36,882 nt of DNA from contig NKIB01015265.1 of NCBI GenBank assembly GCA_002256025.1, positions 1-36,882 on the forward strand, written 5' to 3'. Source of the DNA: Asterionella formosa. Its lineage: Eukaryota. Numbering within the stretch: the first letter of the stretch is position 1; each line of letters starts with the position of its first letter. Both the position numbers and the translations under genes were made by a program. Below the pieces are notes generated by a model, which saw nothing but the letters and a program-made list of their open reading frames with translations, did not search any database and was not told the DNA's origin. This document shows positions 23,162 to 33,537 of the stretch, one piece after another.

Positions 23162-23782
23162 AATAACATTGTGCTATCCCATAGTTTTAAGAAATCTCTT
23201 TATTGGCAACATCAGAGGCAATATATAGGACAGCCTAACCCCATTGCCACACATATACTTTCCACAACATGACCGCTTTATATATAGCTTATATATCTTA
23301 TATATACGTAGTGTAGCTTGTCCCACACGTATGTTCTCGCCACTCCGAAGTGTAAAATATTTATGAGGGTACCAGAACCATTATTCAATCAATAGCTGAT
23401 TCCAACGTCTGCAAATAAAAAGCATCGTACTTATAAGATCTGGGGTATCATACAATAACTGGCAAAGAATTTCTCTGAGAATTTTCCTGTGCATGATGCA
23501 TATTTTGTTATATGTATGATAACTACATACTATGAAAGTGAATAGGCTAAGCTTACTCGTCGTAATAATCAAAACACCATACAATTATCAAAACATTATC
23601 CTATGATGTATATTCTTTTATCATATACCTATCCTGCCTTATATGATGGTAAGTCTTATCGAAATAGCTGTTAAAAATAGGTTGAAATGGATTGTAATTT
23701 TACTGTTATATCACGAAATCAATTTTAAGTTTCTACATTTTGTGCAGATGCTTTAACAGCCAATGTTCCCCTTTTCTATCGT

Positions 23783-23930
23783 CTCAATGCTCTTGATACA
23801 TGCCTCCCGCCTCCCTTCTTCAATGCTTGGTGTGAGGATGTATGCCTCCCCCACGTCCCTTCAATGCTCTTGATACATGCCTCCTGCTTCCCTTCAATGC
23901 TCTTGAGGATGCATTGCTTCCTGCCTTCAA
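23783..23930. repeat. Degenerate ~33-42-bp tandem repeat
   Basis: TCAATGCTCTTGATACATGCCTCC and variants occur 4-5 times; reads KQEACIKSIEG-like on the minus strand. Confidence 0.75.
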
Positions 23931-24736
23931 ATATCTTTTTGCATACCTCCCGCAACCCTTCCACCACTCTGATTCTGAAACTCGTCTGACTACATGCTGC
24001 AAATCCTATTTCCTTTTGATCCGATTCTGTTTCATCCATTTTGATTTCCTAATTATAATAACAATGAGAAGGAATTACTTGCTCGTTAGCCATGTTTTGT
24101 TTATGTCTCAACACTACAGTACCATTTTAGCATGCTCCACTTACCAGAAATCGATGAAGTTTTTGCATAATGCAGTAAAATAATGTGTCAGTCAATGATG
24201 ACATAAGTACAAATCAATAAACCGTTCCACCAATGTCATTTATAACTTACAACAAAACTCTTTGATTAAAATTATCCTGAAAGATTGAAAAACAAACATG
24301 TGTCAGTGATGTTCTAACAGTGGCTCATTGATCCAGCAAGAGCATTTACAAGTTTTTGGTCGACATTGGTGGTATCCTGCTGAATGCGAAATGTGTTTTT
24401 GAATTGTTGGGGAAGGAGGCAATCATTTAGTCTTTGTGAACCCAACAATTGATTACCTTGGCATGTACTCTTGACATGCATAGCATAGCTAGATTCAGTT
24501 CACTTTTCCATTTTCAATCCTTCTAAGCCGCAACAAGGTTTATCATCATTGTTTTCGTTGAAGCGTCATTCTTTCAGTTTTCCTTGTCACAGTGCAGAGA
24601 AGATCATTTATTTCAGGATCATGTGTAACCGGTATGCATAACAAGAAACCTCTAAACATGATTTCAAATGTATATATAGGCTAAGGAAAATATTTATAAA
24701 ATTTTGAAACATATAAATATATGCACATAATGTGTA

Positions 24737-25619
24737 TACTATCATCAATTAAGGTTATACATAATTCAAATTTATTCAATGCAAGAGGATACCGGTATCA
24801 TTGTTTTCCACGACCTGATGCACTGTTTTTGAATTTTCCCGCATCAATTCTTGTACCTACAAGTAATTAATTTAATGAAGACCCTAAATAAGCAAGCGGG
24901 AGTCATACAAAAAATTTCATATGGTACAAATCATAAAAAAATTTACTAGTAGATGAATCGCTCGAATCAATCGTTATGAATTACAGATCATACCTCCTGG
25001 TTAGAAATGATTGCTAATAAATAAGATCACAGATAACAATTTTTAGCTTTTTGATCTTACATTTAACATGAATATATCTTACTTCTAAAAAATTACAGAT
25101 CATACTTTGGTTAGATATGATTGCCAATAAATAAGATCACAGATAACAATCTTTAGCTTTTTTGATCTTACTTTTAACATGAATGTAACTTACTACTAAA
25201 AAATTACAGATCATACTTTGGTTAGATTCGATTGCCAACAAAAAATCACAGATAACAATCTTCAGCTTTTTTGATCTCACTTTTAACATGAATTAAATCT
25301 TACTACTAAAAAATTACACATCATACTTTCTGGTTAGTTATGATTGCCATTAAATAAGATCACAGATAACAACTTTGAGCTCGTTTGATCTTATTTTTAA
25401 CCTAAGTACGAGGTGACAAGGATAGATACCAATGTCGCCTTGTTTGTACGAGAACAACGTGTTATTGCGTCCCCTCCATCAGTAATAGATACCAATGTCG
25501 TCACCTTATCTGTACAAGAATGTGCTGTAGCCTGAGTTCGAGGTGACATAGATACCATTGTCACCTTGTTTGTACGAGAAAGTGTTATTGCGTCACCTTC
25601 ATCACCAATAGATTCCAAT
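24737..25619 (+). repeat. Dispersed composite repeat, copy 2; internal ~111-bp unit present 4 times
   Basis: TGGTTAG..ATGATTGCCAATAAATAAGATCACAGATAACAA units start at about 24998, 25108, 25219 and 25331; the flanks match 20641-21299. Confidence 0.95.
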
Positions 25620-26312
25620 ACAGAAGGGATGGAGCCTATAGAGCACTACTCAAACGAAAGAGGAAACAAAGCGAAAAAATTCATGCAGCACGATTTGAAA
25701 CAGCAGTCAAACAGGAAAGGCAAGACGACAAATCAGGTAAGACTTACGGTTCTGGTGTTGCGCTCAGAAGGGAACATCAGGAAACAAGAAGGAAAGGAAT
25801 GAATATCTGTAATCATTGTGGCCACAATGATCATCAAAGGAAAAGCAAAGGCAATCTGTCAATTCAATGTAGGGAAAGTGCCTGATCACACTGGTATGCA
25901 TATGATCAATGATGATCAGCTACCTACTGTGGATATTGTTCCGGCCAACACTCAAGAAAATGTTACATGTGCATCCATTGTGGCCAGCTTGGGTTTGCAA
26001 GACTGCGCAAACCGGGCCAATAATATCTCGGTAAGTAATTGAATTTTACTAATCAAAATATTTATAGTGAAGCGGGCACTTACAATGGTTTTTTTTGTAC
26101 AGGCGATTGCATTACGAAAAATTGAATCACAAGACTCCTATTCCAATGGTGACGTTTTGGCAATTAGTGATTCTGATTCCGACATTTTGGTGACCATTGA
26201 AAATGCCAATATTGTTGAATTTTCGGGGGACAATAGCTCAACGTTGGCAGGGTTTGAAGAAGAGTTAAAAAATCGGTAATCTTCATTTAGCCCCAGAAGT
26301 TAACTTTCGGTG

Positions 26313-26427
26313 AGAAACTGCAGAAAGGAACTTCGGTTTTTTTACTAGGCCAAATCAACGAGTTGGCCCTGTAACATCCACTATTTTCAGCATAGTTACA
26401 ATACCGAAATTCCTTTCTGTAGTTTCT
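26313..26427. repeat. Inverted repeat, 25-bp arms (23/25), 65-bp spacer
   Basis: AGAAACTGCAGAAAGGAACTTCGGT (26313-26337) versus ACCGAAATTCCTTTCTGTAGTTTCT (26403-26427). Confidence 0.85.
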
Positions 26428-27011
26428 GGCTAGATCCTATATACTGACGTTATACAGAGTTTACCTATACCCAACATACCCCTACCGGTACTTCGATCGA
26501 TGACGGTATCTAAGCATATGGAAAGGGTGTCCAATGGTGAAAGCTCCAAGTAGCGACATACATTTATTTTTACTCAAACGATGTCTGTGTTTGATTACTC
26601 TGACTAAATTTTATTTTTTAACCCTACCTCGTGCTAGGGGTTCAAATGCAGGAACCTCAAGAAACTTCGATAATTTTAGTCGAAAGGAGTACAGTGCTGA
26701 AACGTTGACTCTCAGTGTTTAGGTGGTACCAGGTACTTCGTACGCTGGTAAACCAGTACACCACCCAAACTTTCACTTTTTGTAGCATTCCAACACAAAT
26801 ATTACAGTAGACTACCAGGTACCGGGACATATAATGGGTAAATAAGTTAATAGCACAAACCGTACAAACTCCAATTATGGCTCCGCGCGAAGTCTCGCTC
26901 CGTAAAATACAGGACAATAGAAGTCCAGTACAGTTCTACATACGCAGGTCATCGTGGCATCGGAGGTTTTGCACTCATCCATAAAACAAGCAGCCAGCTG
27001 AACTTGATCCC

Positions 27012-29888
27012 ATGGGAGAAACAGAGAACAACGGCGGCGGCGCCCCTGCCCCAACGGGCATGTCAGCCATGCTGAAAGAAGTACAAGAACTCGCTGACAA
27101 GTTCAAAGTAGAAGAAGATGTCGAGTACACCTCGCCGTATGCGTCTTTGGAAAAGGCTGCCGTCTTGCAAGATGCTCGTATCTTCCACGACCCTCACGAA
27201 GTGCGTGAAAATCCACGGAAATGTTGTACTGTAATTGCGCAGCTCCTTCACCTCCAAAATATGGGCCAGCAATTGCAGACAACTGAGGCCACTGAAGTTT
27301 TCTTTGGGGTTACTAAGCTTTTTATGAGCGATGATGCCTCTCTTAGACGCATGGTCTACCTCTTCATCAAAGAGGTTGCTGAAACGTGTGATCCTGATGA
27401 TATTATTATTGTCACATCATGCCTGACCAAGGACATGACTTGCGATGTTGATCTTTACCGCGGAAATGCGCTGCGTGTGTTGGTCCGTATAGTCGATGCT
27501 GCTATGCTCGGGGCCATTGAGCGCTATGTCAAGCAAGCCATAGTTGATTCTTCGGGCCAAGTTTCCAGCGCTGCTCTCGTTTCGTCTTTGCACCTCTTTC
27601 AGAGCTCACCGGAGAGCGCTGCTATCGTTAAACGATGGATCACCGAGGTTACGGAAGCGACTGCGAGTCCTAATGAGATGGTTCAGTTCCATGCCATGCA
27701 ATTGCTCTATCAGATAAAATCACATGATCGGTTGGGAGTTTCAAAGGTGGTCCAGCAGTACAGCGAACGCAACTCCCTCAAGTCGCCCCTTGCGATTGTT
27801 TTGTTGATCCGCTATGCCTCCAAGCTATTGCGGGACGAGATCGCTGAGGGTCGTTTCAGCGGAAGCTCTCTTAAAGAGGGATCCCCAATGGCTCTCGCTG
27901 GTTATCACTTCCTCGAGACCAGTTTGCGACACAAATCTGAAATGGTGGTCTATGAAGCTGCTCGCAGCATTGCCACGCTTCCTGGACTCGAGGCTCAAGA
28001 CTTGAGCCCTGTCATTGCCGTTCTTCAGTTATTCCTCTCGTCTCCGAAGCCTACTGTCAGATTCGCTGCTATGAAGACGTTGGCTTCCCTTGCCATATCG
28101 CAGCCCCGGGCCGTTGGCAAATGCAATGAAGATCTCGAAGCACTTCTCAGCGATACCAATCGATCCATTTCCACTCTTGCAATGACCACCCTTCTCAAAA
28201 CAAGTAACGAGTCTGCTGTTGATCGTCTTCTCAAACAGATCTCTCAGTTCTTATCCGACATTGCAGATGAGTATAAGATCACTGTTGTTAAGAGTCTGCA
28301 ACAGCTGTGTTTGGTCTACCCTGCGAAGCACCGCATTTTGGTTGGGTTCCTTTCAAACTTTTTGCGGGAAGAAGGTGGCTTCGACTTCAAGCGATCTATT
28401 GTTTCCAGTATCGTATCCTTGATTCGCACCGTTCCGGAGACCACTGAAAGCTCACTCTTGCATCTTTGCGAGTTTATCGAGGATTGCGAGTTTACCATGC
28501 TCTCAACACAAATCCTCCATTTGTTGGGCGAATTGGGGCCCAGCACGACAGCGCCTGCTCGTTACATTCGATTTATCTATAATCGTGTGATTTTGGAAAA
28601 CTCTTCTGTTCGAGCTGCTGCCGTTTCAGCATTGGCCAAGTTTGCTGCCCAGTGCCCTTCTCTTCGCACTTCAATCATGACTCTCTTGAAGCGTAGTTTG
28701 AACGATGAAGACGACGAAACTCGGGATCGTGCCACTCTTTGCGTTTCTATTATTGAGGCTGCAATGTCGACATTCCCTTACGTTGCCCCTCCAGATGACA
28801 TTGATGCCGGGGAATTCCCCCCTGACAATCCTCAGGAGGGTGACACCGCGGCGTTTGTTTTGCTTGAGGCTTTACCCATGACATTCGACAAGCTTCAACG
28901 TAGTCTCAAGGTGTACATGGCCAGTCCAACGGCCATGGGAAATACCCAGCCTATTTCTGTCGAGACTTTACCTGTTGTTGAGGATACTGCTGAAGATATT
29001 GCTGCAGCGACTGGTGCTGATAGCATGGATCTCGATGGAGCTAATCTTCTCGGCTCGGCAACCGACGAACCCAAGGAGGTCGTTGACCCTGCCGCTGCTT
29101 TGTACGAAATTCCAGAGTTGGCATCGTTTGGTCGTGTCTTCCGTTCTTCGCCGCCTGTTCAACTAACTGAGAGCGAAACGGAGTACGTGGTTCAATGCGT
29201 GAAGCACATATTTGCAAGTCATGTTGTACTCCAATTCAGTGTTCAAAATACCATTGAAGATCAACGGCTAGACAATGTGACTGTCCTTCTCGATGATAGC
29301 GATTCGGAAAACTTTAAAGTTTCTGGTGAAATCCCTGTCAACGGAATCTCGTACGGAATGACTAAGAATTGCTTCACTGTTTTGGAACGTGTCTCTGACT
29401 CCCCACTAGTTGCGAGCACATTTGCTTGTGAATTGCGATTCAATGTTGTCCAAGTTGACCCTGTTACAGGTGAAGTAGAGGGCGACTCGTTCGAAGAAGA
29501 ATACCCAACCGAAGAGCTAGTTATTTCAACCTCCGATTTTATGGCGAAGGTTTCGGTCCCAGATTTTCGGAAGGCCTGGGAGGATGCGGGCAACGACAAC
29601 GAGGTTCTCGAGAAGTTCGCTTTGAATTACAAGAAAGTCGAAGACGCTGTTTCGGCTGTTCTTGGCATGTTGGGGATGCAACCAATGGATGGCACTGCTG
29701 TTGTCAAACCCGACATAGGAACAAAGGCGCACATGTTACACCTTAGTGGAGTATTTGTATCGGGACATAAGGTATTGGCTAGAGCGCAAGTTGCTAGTGC
29801 AGGCGAGAACGGAGGAGTTGTACTGAAGGTTGCTGTTCGAAGTGGAGACGCTGACGTCTCTCGACTCGTTGCTGATTGCATCAACTAA
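27012..29888 (+). CDS. COPG: Coatomer (COPI) subunit gamma, single exon
   Basis: EATEVFFGVTKLF, LRRMVYLFIKE, IIVTSCLTKDM, FLREEGGFDFK, HLCEFIEDCEF, YIRFIYNRVILEN, LTESETEYVV.CVKHIF; 958 aa. Confidence 0.97.
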   Translation: MGETENNGGGAPAPTGMSAMLKEVQELADKFKVEEDVEYTSPYASLEKAAVLQDARIFHDPHEVRENPRKCCTVIAQLLHLQNMGQQLQTTEATEVFFGVTKLFMSDDASLRRMVYLFIKEVAETCDPDDIIIVTSCLTKDMTCDVDLYRGNALRVLVRIVDAAMLGAIERYVKQAIVDSSGQVSSAALVSSLHLFQSSPESAAIVKRWITEVTEATASPNEMVQFHAMQLLYQIKSHDRLGVSKVVQQYSERNSLKSPLAIVLLIRYASKLLRDEIAEGRFSGSSLKEGSPMALAGYHFLETSLRHKSEMVVYEAARSIATLPGLEAQDLSPVIAVLQLFLSSPKPTVRFAAMKTLASLAISQPRAVGKCNEDLEALLSDTNRSISTLAMTTLLKTSNESAVDRLLKQISQFLSDIADEYKITVVKSLQQLCLVYPAKHRILVGFLSNFLREEGGFDFKRSIVSSIVSLIRTVPETTESSLLHLCEFIEDCEFTMLSTQILHLLGELGPSTTAPARYIRFIYNRVILENSSVRAAAVSALAKFAAQCPSLRTSIMTLLKRSLNDEDDETRDRATLCVSIIEAAMSTFPYVAPPDDIDAGEFPPDNPQEGDTAAFVLLEALPMTFDKLQRSLKVYMASPTAMGNTQPISVETLPVVEDTAEDIAAATGADSMDLDGANLLGSATDEPKEVVDPAAALYEIPELASFGRVFRSSPPVQLTESETEYVVQCVKHIFASHVVLQFSVQNTIEDQRLDNVTVLLDDSDSENFKVSGEIPVNGISYGMTKNCFTVLERVSDSPLVASTFACELRFNVVQVDPVTGEVEGDSFEEEYPTEELVISTSDFMAKVSVPDFRKAWEDAGNDNEVLEKFALNYKKVEDAVSAVLGMLGMQPMDGTAVVKPDIGTKAHMLHLSGVFVSGHKVLARAQVASAGENGGVVLKVAVRSGDADVSRLVADCIN

Positions 29889-30419
29889 AGTGGGTGCGAG
29901 CAGCATGCAGGTATACTCCATCATTAAAGAAATGTGAAGCCGAACAATTCTACAACTGTTCAGGTAGATAACGTATGGCTGAATTTTTCAAGTCATTATT
30001 TTTGAAATTTTAGTATGCCTAATGTTCAAACTTGTTTATGTTATTGCGATGTCCTGATTCTGTGAGGCTTGATGGATGTTCAACCAAAACTCAAGCATTT
30101 GTGATCTGGATCTGAACTTTTTTTGGGGATGAATAATGAAAGTAAAGCCAAGATTTCAAACAAAAATCAGCCAACCCCAACTTCCTGCCACTTTAGGGGG
30201 GTCTATTTGTCACACCCCAACACAAGAAAACTTGATTTTACTCCAGATTGGAAAGCCCTACTTGCTTGTTGAACCCTGTCTGAACTTCAATGTACCATCA
30301 ATGAACATCTGGTCCAGGAAGCAGTCCAACAGTCAACACTAAAAGGCAGGTGAAGAATACAAGAATCGAACCCATCACCTCATGAGGTGTGCTAACCAAT
30401 TAAACAAATGTATTTATTT

Positions 30420-31210
30420 TCCTCAGACATTCCCCTTGTACTTGCACTGACAATATCCTCTGATTTAACATGAGTTCCTGTGAGAGACATATGTAGTAAT
30501 GAAGAATACATGTTGAGTTAATTTCCTACATCTTGTTTATGAAATGATGAAAAAGAATTCATTAGCAGTGATGCAAGTAGAACAAGAGAATAATGTTGCA
30601 ACTTTCAATGCAGTAGCTTTGGGAAACAGATCGAAATGCAACAACAGGAACAACAGCTAATGCTGCAGGAGGAGAAACAGAAAATGCAAGCAGAAGATGA
30701 GGAGAAACTGAAAATATAACAACAGGAACCACTGCAAATAAGAAAGAAAGAAAAAATTTGACAAAGTGACTCCAGCATCTATTCTCAGCCGAGCTGTCAG
30801 TCTTACTAAACTCAAGATTAGGAAAGAAAAAGAGATTTCTGGAACATGCAGATTTTCTCTTGAAAAAGTCAATAGAGTTTGCAAGGCAGAACAGGGCAAC
30901 GCTCTATACAATAATATTTCGGGACAACAAGGTTCCAGGGGAAAACAGGGACGAAGCAAAAGTTTGGAAGGCCTCAGGAAAGAGATTCCAATGGCAAACA
31001 CAGTTACCAGTGGATTATAATGGGTGACATGAGAAAAATAGGATCCCGAAAAGAGGTTTTGCAATCAGAGTTACTATCAAACTTTTTATTTTGAAAATTC
31101 TCATAGGAGAGAGTGACCATCAACTTTCACTACCCCACCACCTTATATGGCCCATGGAGCGCAATGACGAAGAATCTAGAGGTGATGCGCTATAAAAATG
31201 ATTGACAAAT
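30420..31210 (+). pseudogene. Decayed coding remnant of unknown (possibly transposon) origin
   Basis: Purine-rich, coiled-coil-like frame (KQIEMQQQEQQLMLQEEKQKMQAEDEEKLK*...) broken by stops and continuing into ORF 30766-31020. No recognisable domain. Confidence 0.3.
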
Positions 31211-31342
31211 GCATGCTAACTACATTAAATTCTAATCTTATTTTTTGTGTACTCGGAATACATTGTTATATCATTGTTTTCTTATACATCAGACCTGTTA
31301 AATTCGCATTACAAAAGACAAGAAAGCTAACAAAATCCGTCA

Positions 31343-31890
31343 GTACCAGCAAGTTAGGGTTATTTTTCTGAAATGGACAAGGTGACGGTGGACATGAGTC
31401 ATCAACTCTATCTTTGAGTTGACCGTATCACGACTTGTTAGTGACGTATTTAACTATTTCGTCTAAACACAGAAACGTTAAAACGAGGCAAAATGCTGAA
31501 AAAAAGAAAATGACAATGACTGGGGCAATAGAGTGGCGGCCCAAAGCAAAAGTTAGCAAAGTAAGCAAGTCTTGCTTACGTTGCTTTATTCTCTCCAAAC
31601 TCAAAATCTTTCTCCTTTTCCGGTCGAAAATTCCCCACCTTCTTGCTTACTTTTGCTTCGGGCCCCCCTTTGCCCCAGTCATTGTTTTTATTTCAGCCAT
31701 TTGCCTCGTTTTGACGTTTCCGTGGTTAGACGAAATAATTATTTACGTCACTACCGGTAGTTACAAGTCGTCATACCACTGTCGACTTACGGAGATTGTT
31801 GATGACGTTCTCTCTTTTTTGTCTTTTTAAGCGCCTGTCCTGCGTCACGTTGTCCATTTCAGCAAAGAAATCACCGCAACTTGCTGGTAC
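31343..31890. mobile_element. Foldback/MITE-like non-autonomous element with long imperfect inverted arms
   Basis: GTACCAGCAAGTT...CTGAAATGGACAA.GTGACG pairs with CGTCAC.TTGTCCATTTCAG...AACTTGCTGGTAC. Inner arms 31439-31569 and 31642-31753 are also reverse complementary. Confidence 0.75.
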
Positions 31891-32388
31891 CAGGTACACC
31901 AGGTAACTGGTACATACCTGTTACTGTTACCAGGTACCCTGTACTGGTAGGTGCATGCTTTGTACGTCATGCTAGTAAACTACTAGTGCACTAGCTTTCA
32001 CGACGGCAAGAAAGGTACCGGTATTGGGGGTAACTAGAATTTTTTGTCAAAACAAGCACACCAGACAGTACACAGTCACCAGGTACTGTACCACTTACGC
32101 ACGACAAAATAGATGTGATAGCATACCCGTATCGAGTACGTATTTATTGATTCAATGATATGGATATGCAGGAAGACCAGGATACCGGTATTGTAGCTCC
32201 AACGGAAGACTCGTCTTCCAATCATAGCTACAAGGGTAACTGGTACCCCTAAGTTGCTAAGTTCTTTGGATTGATCATCGTTACAAATATATTACTCCTC
32301 CACAGAAGAAGCGCTGAATATACTCGATCTTCGCTAAGCCATAGCAACACCACTGACCTCCTGCGCCTTGCTTAGGACCAACCATATC

Positions 32389-33338
32389 ATGGCCTTCGGA
32401 AAGAAGAAAGTTTTGGAAGAACCGGAAGTTGTCGTTGTTGACCATACCGGTTGGCTCCTGGCCAGCAGCGTGGCAGAGTTTATTTTGATGCACACTCATG
32501 AGATAAAGTACATGTGCATGTTTGGATATACCTTCTACCATGGTATGTTAGTTCCAGGCGTCAAGTCTTTGCGTACCTATTTCACTTTACTCTCAATTTA
32601 TATTCCTTTCCCCCTCTATGTGAACATGCAGGCTCCAATGTTTTTGGAAACTTGGGCAAAGACTCTCCTTTGTCGTTCAAATTCATCAATATGATTCTCG
32701 CCTGCACTGGTGGCGGAATCTTCGTTCCAATCTTCATCAATGCCATCCCCGTCCCTCTCTGCCAGGACGCCTATCCCATTGCTATCTTAGTTTCCTTCTT
32801 GCTTCACCAGTACATTCCCATTCTTCGCGAAGTCATGAAACTGTCCGCTGTTTTCCAGGTCAGTTGAGACAGGCAAATTGTTATACCCGCCTGCTTGTAT
32901 TTTTCATCTGATTTTTTCTTATAAATGTCACAGGCTGTCATCATCTTCTTGTACGAATGCCTGAGAGCCTCTGTAGTTGTAAAGCTCACCGCCGCTGCCG
33001 GTTCCACGATCCCTGCCAGTGATTTCAGTTTCCCTATTTTCGGCCCTATATTTTGCGGTGCGGTTGCAGGGTGTGGGGGCGCTTTCCTTCCATTAAACAA
33101 GGGGTTAGATCCCATTAAGAAGGATGGATTGGCCCCTGCCATGATGTCTGCTTTAATCGCGGCCACTTTCTACCACCTCTTCGTGAACACATCACTGAGC
33201 GAAGGGGTTGTGGACGCTCCGAAGAAGGCTCATGTTGTTATCGCCATATGCTTTATTCTTCACCATTTCTCCTATACATTCAAACTGTTCGCGCGAGCTC
33301 CCAAAGTTCCTATCACCCAAGCCAAGAAGGAGAGTTAA
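32389..33338 (+). CDS. Multi-pass membrane protein, TRIC/TMEM38-like cation channel family. Introns 32543-32631 and 32859-32933.
   Basis: Three ORFs splice in frame via GT-AG introns. About 7 hydrophobic segments and two glycine clusters, LACTGGGI and GAVAGCGGAF, as in the two repeats of TRIC channels. Confidence 0.7.
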
Positions 33339-33537
33339 TGATACTCCCTTTTCTCCAAAAAACTACCGGTATTGATGTTCAGTTTTTTCATTACATGATG
33401 TGTTAAGAATAACCTTTGTGTAGCTGTGCCCAATACTTGCAAATATATTATACCGGTAGTCTACCTAGTCAAATCATGCTTTCTATACAATCCATCAATC
33501 ATTCTTCAGTAGACTTTCTTAAATTTTACATTTGTGT

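Noticed and set aside
14347..25400. Shared ~111-bp period of two different tandem arrays
   Set aside because: The unit sequences are unrelated and two cases cannot be told from coincidence.
20641..25619. LTR retrotransposon bounded by the direct repeats
   Set aside because: No TG..CA termini, PBS/PPT, TSD or RT/integrase remnants; the interior is Harbinger-derived.
25566..26279. Three short plus-strand ORFs with a possible intron (about 26032-26102)
   Set aside because: May be a decayed gene, but no start or homology is recognisable; too weak to annotate.
31435..31830. 131-aa ORF
   Set aside because: Lies within the foldback element, has a non-ATG start and no domain.
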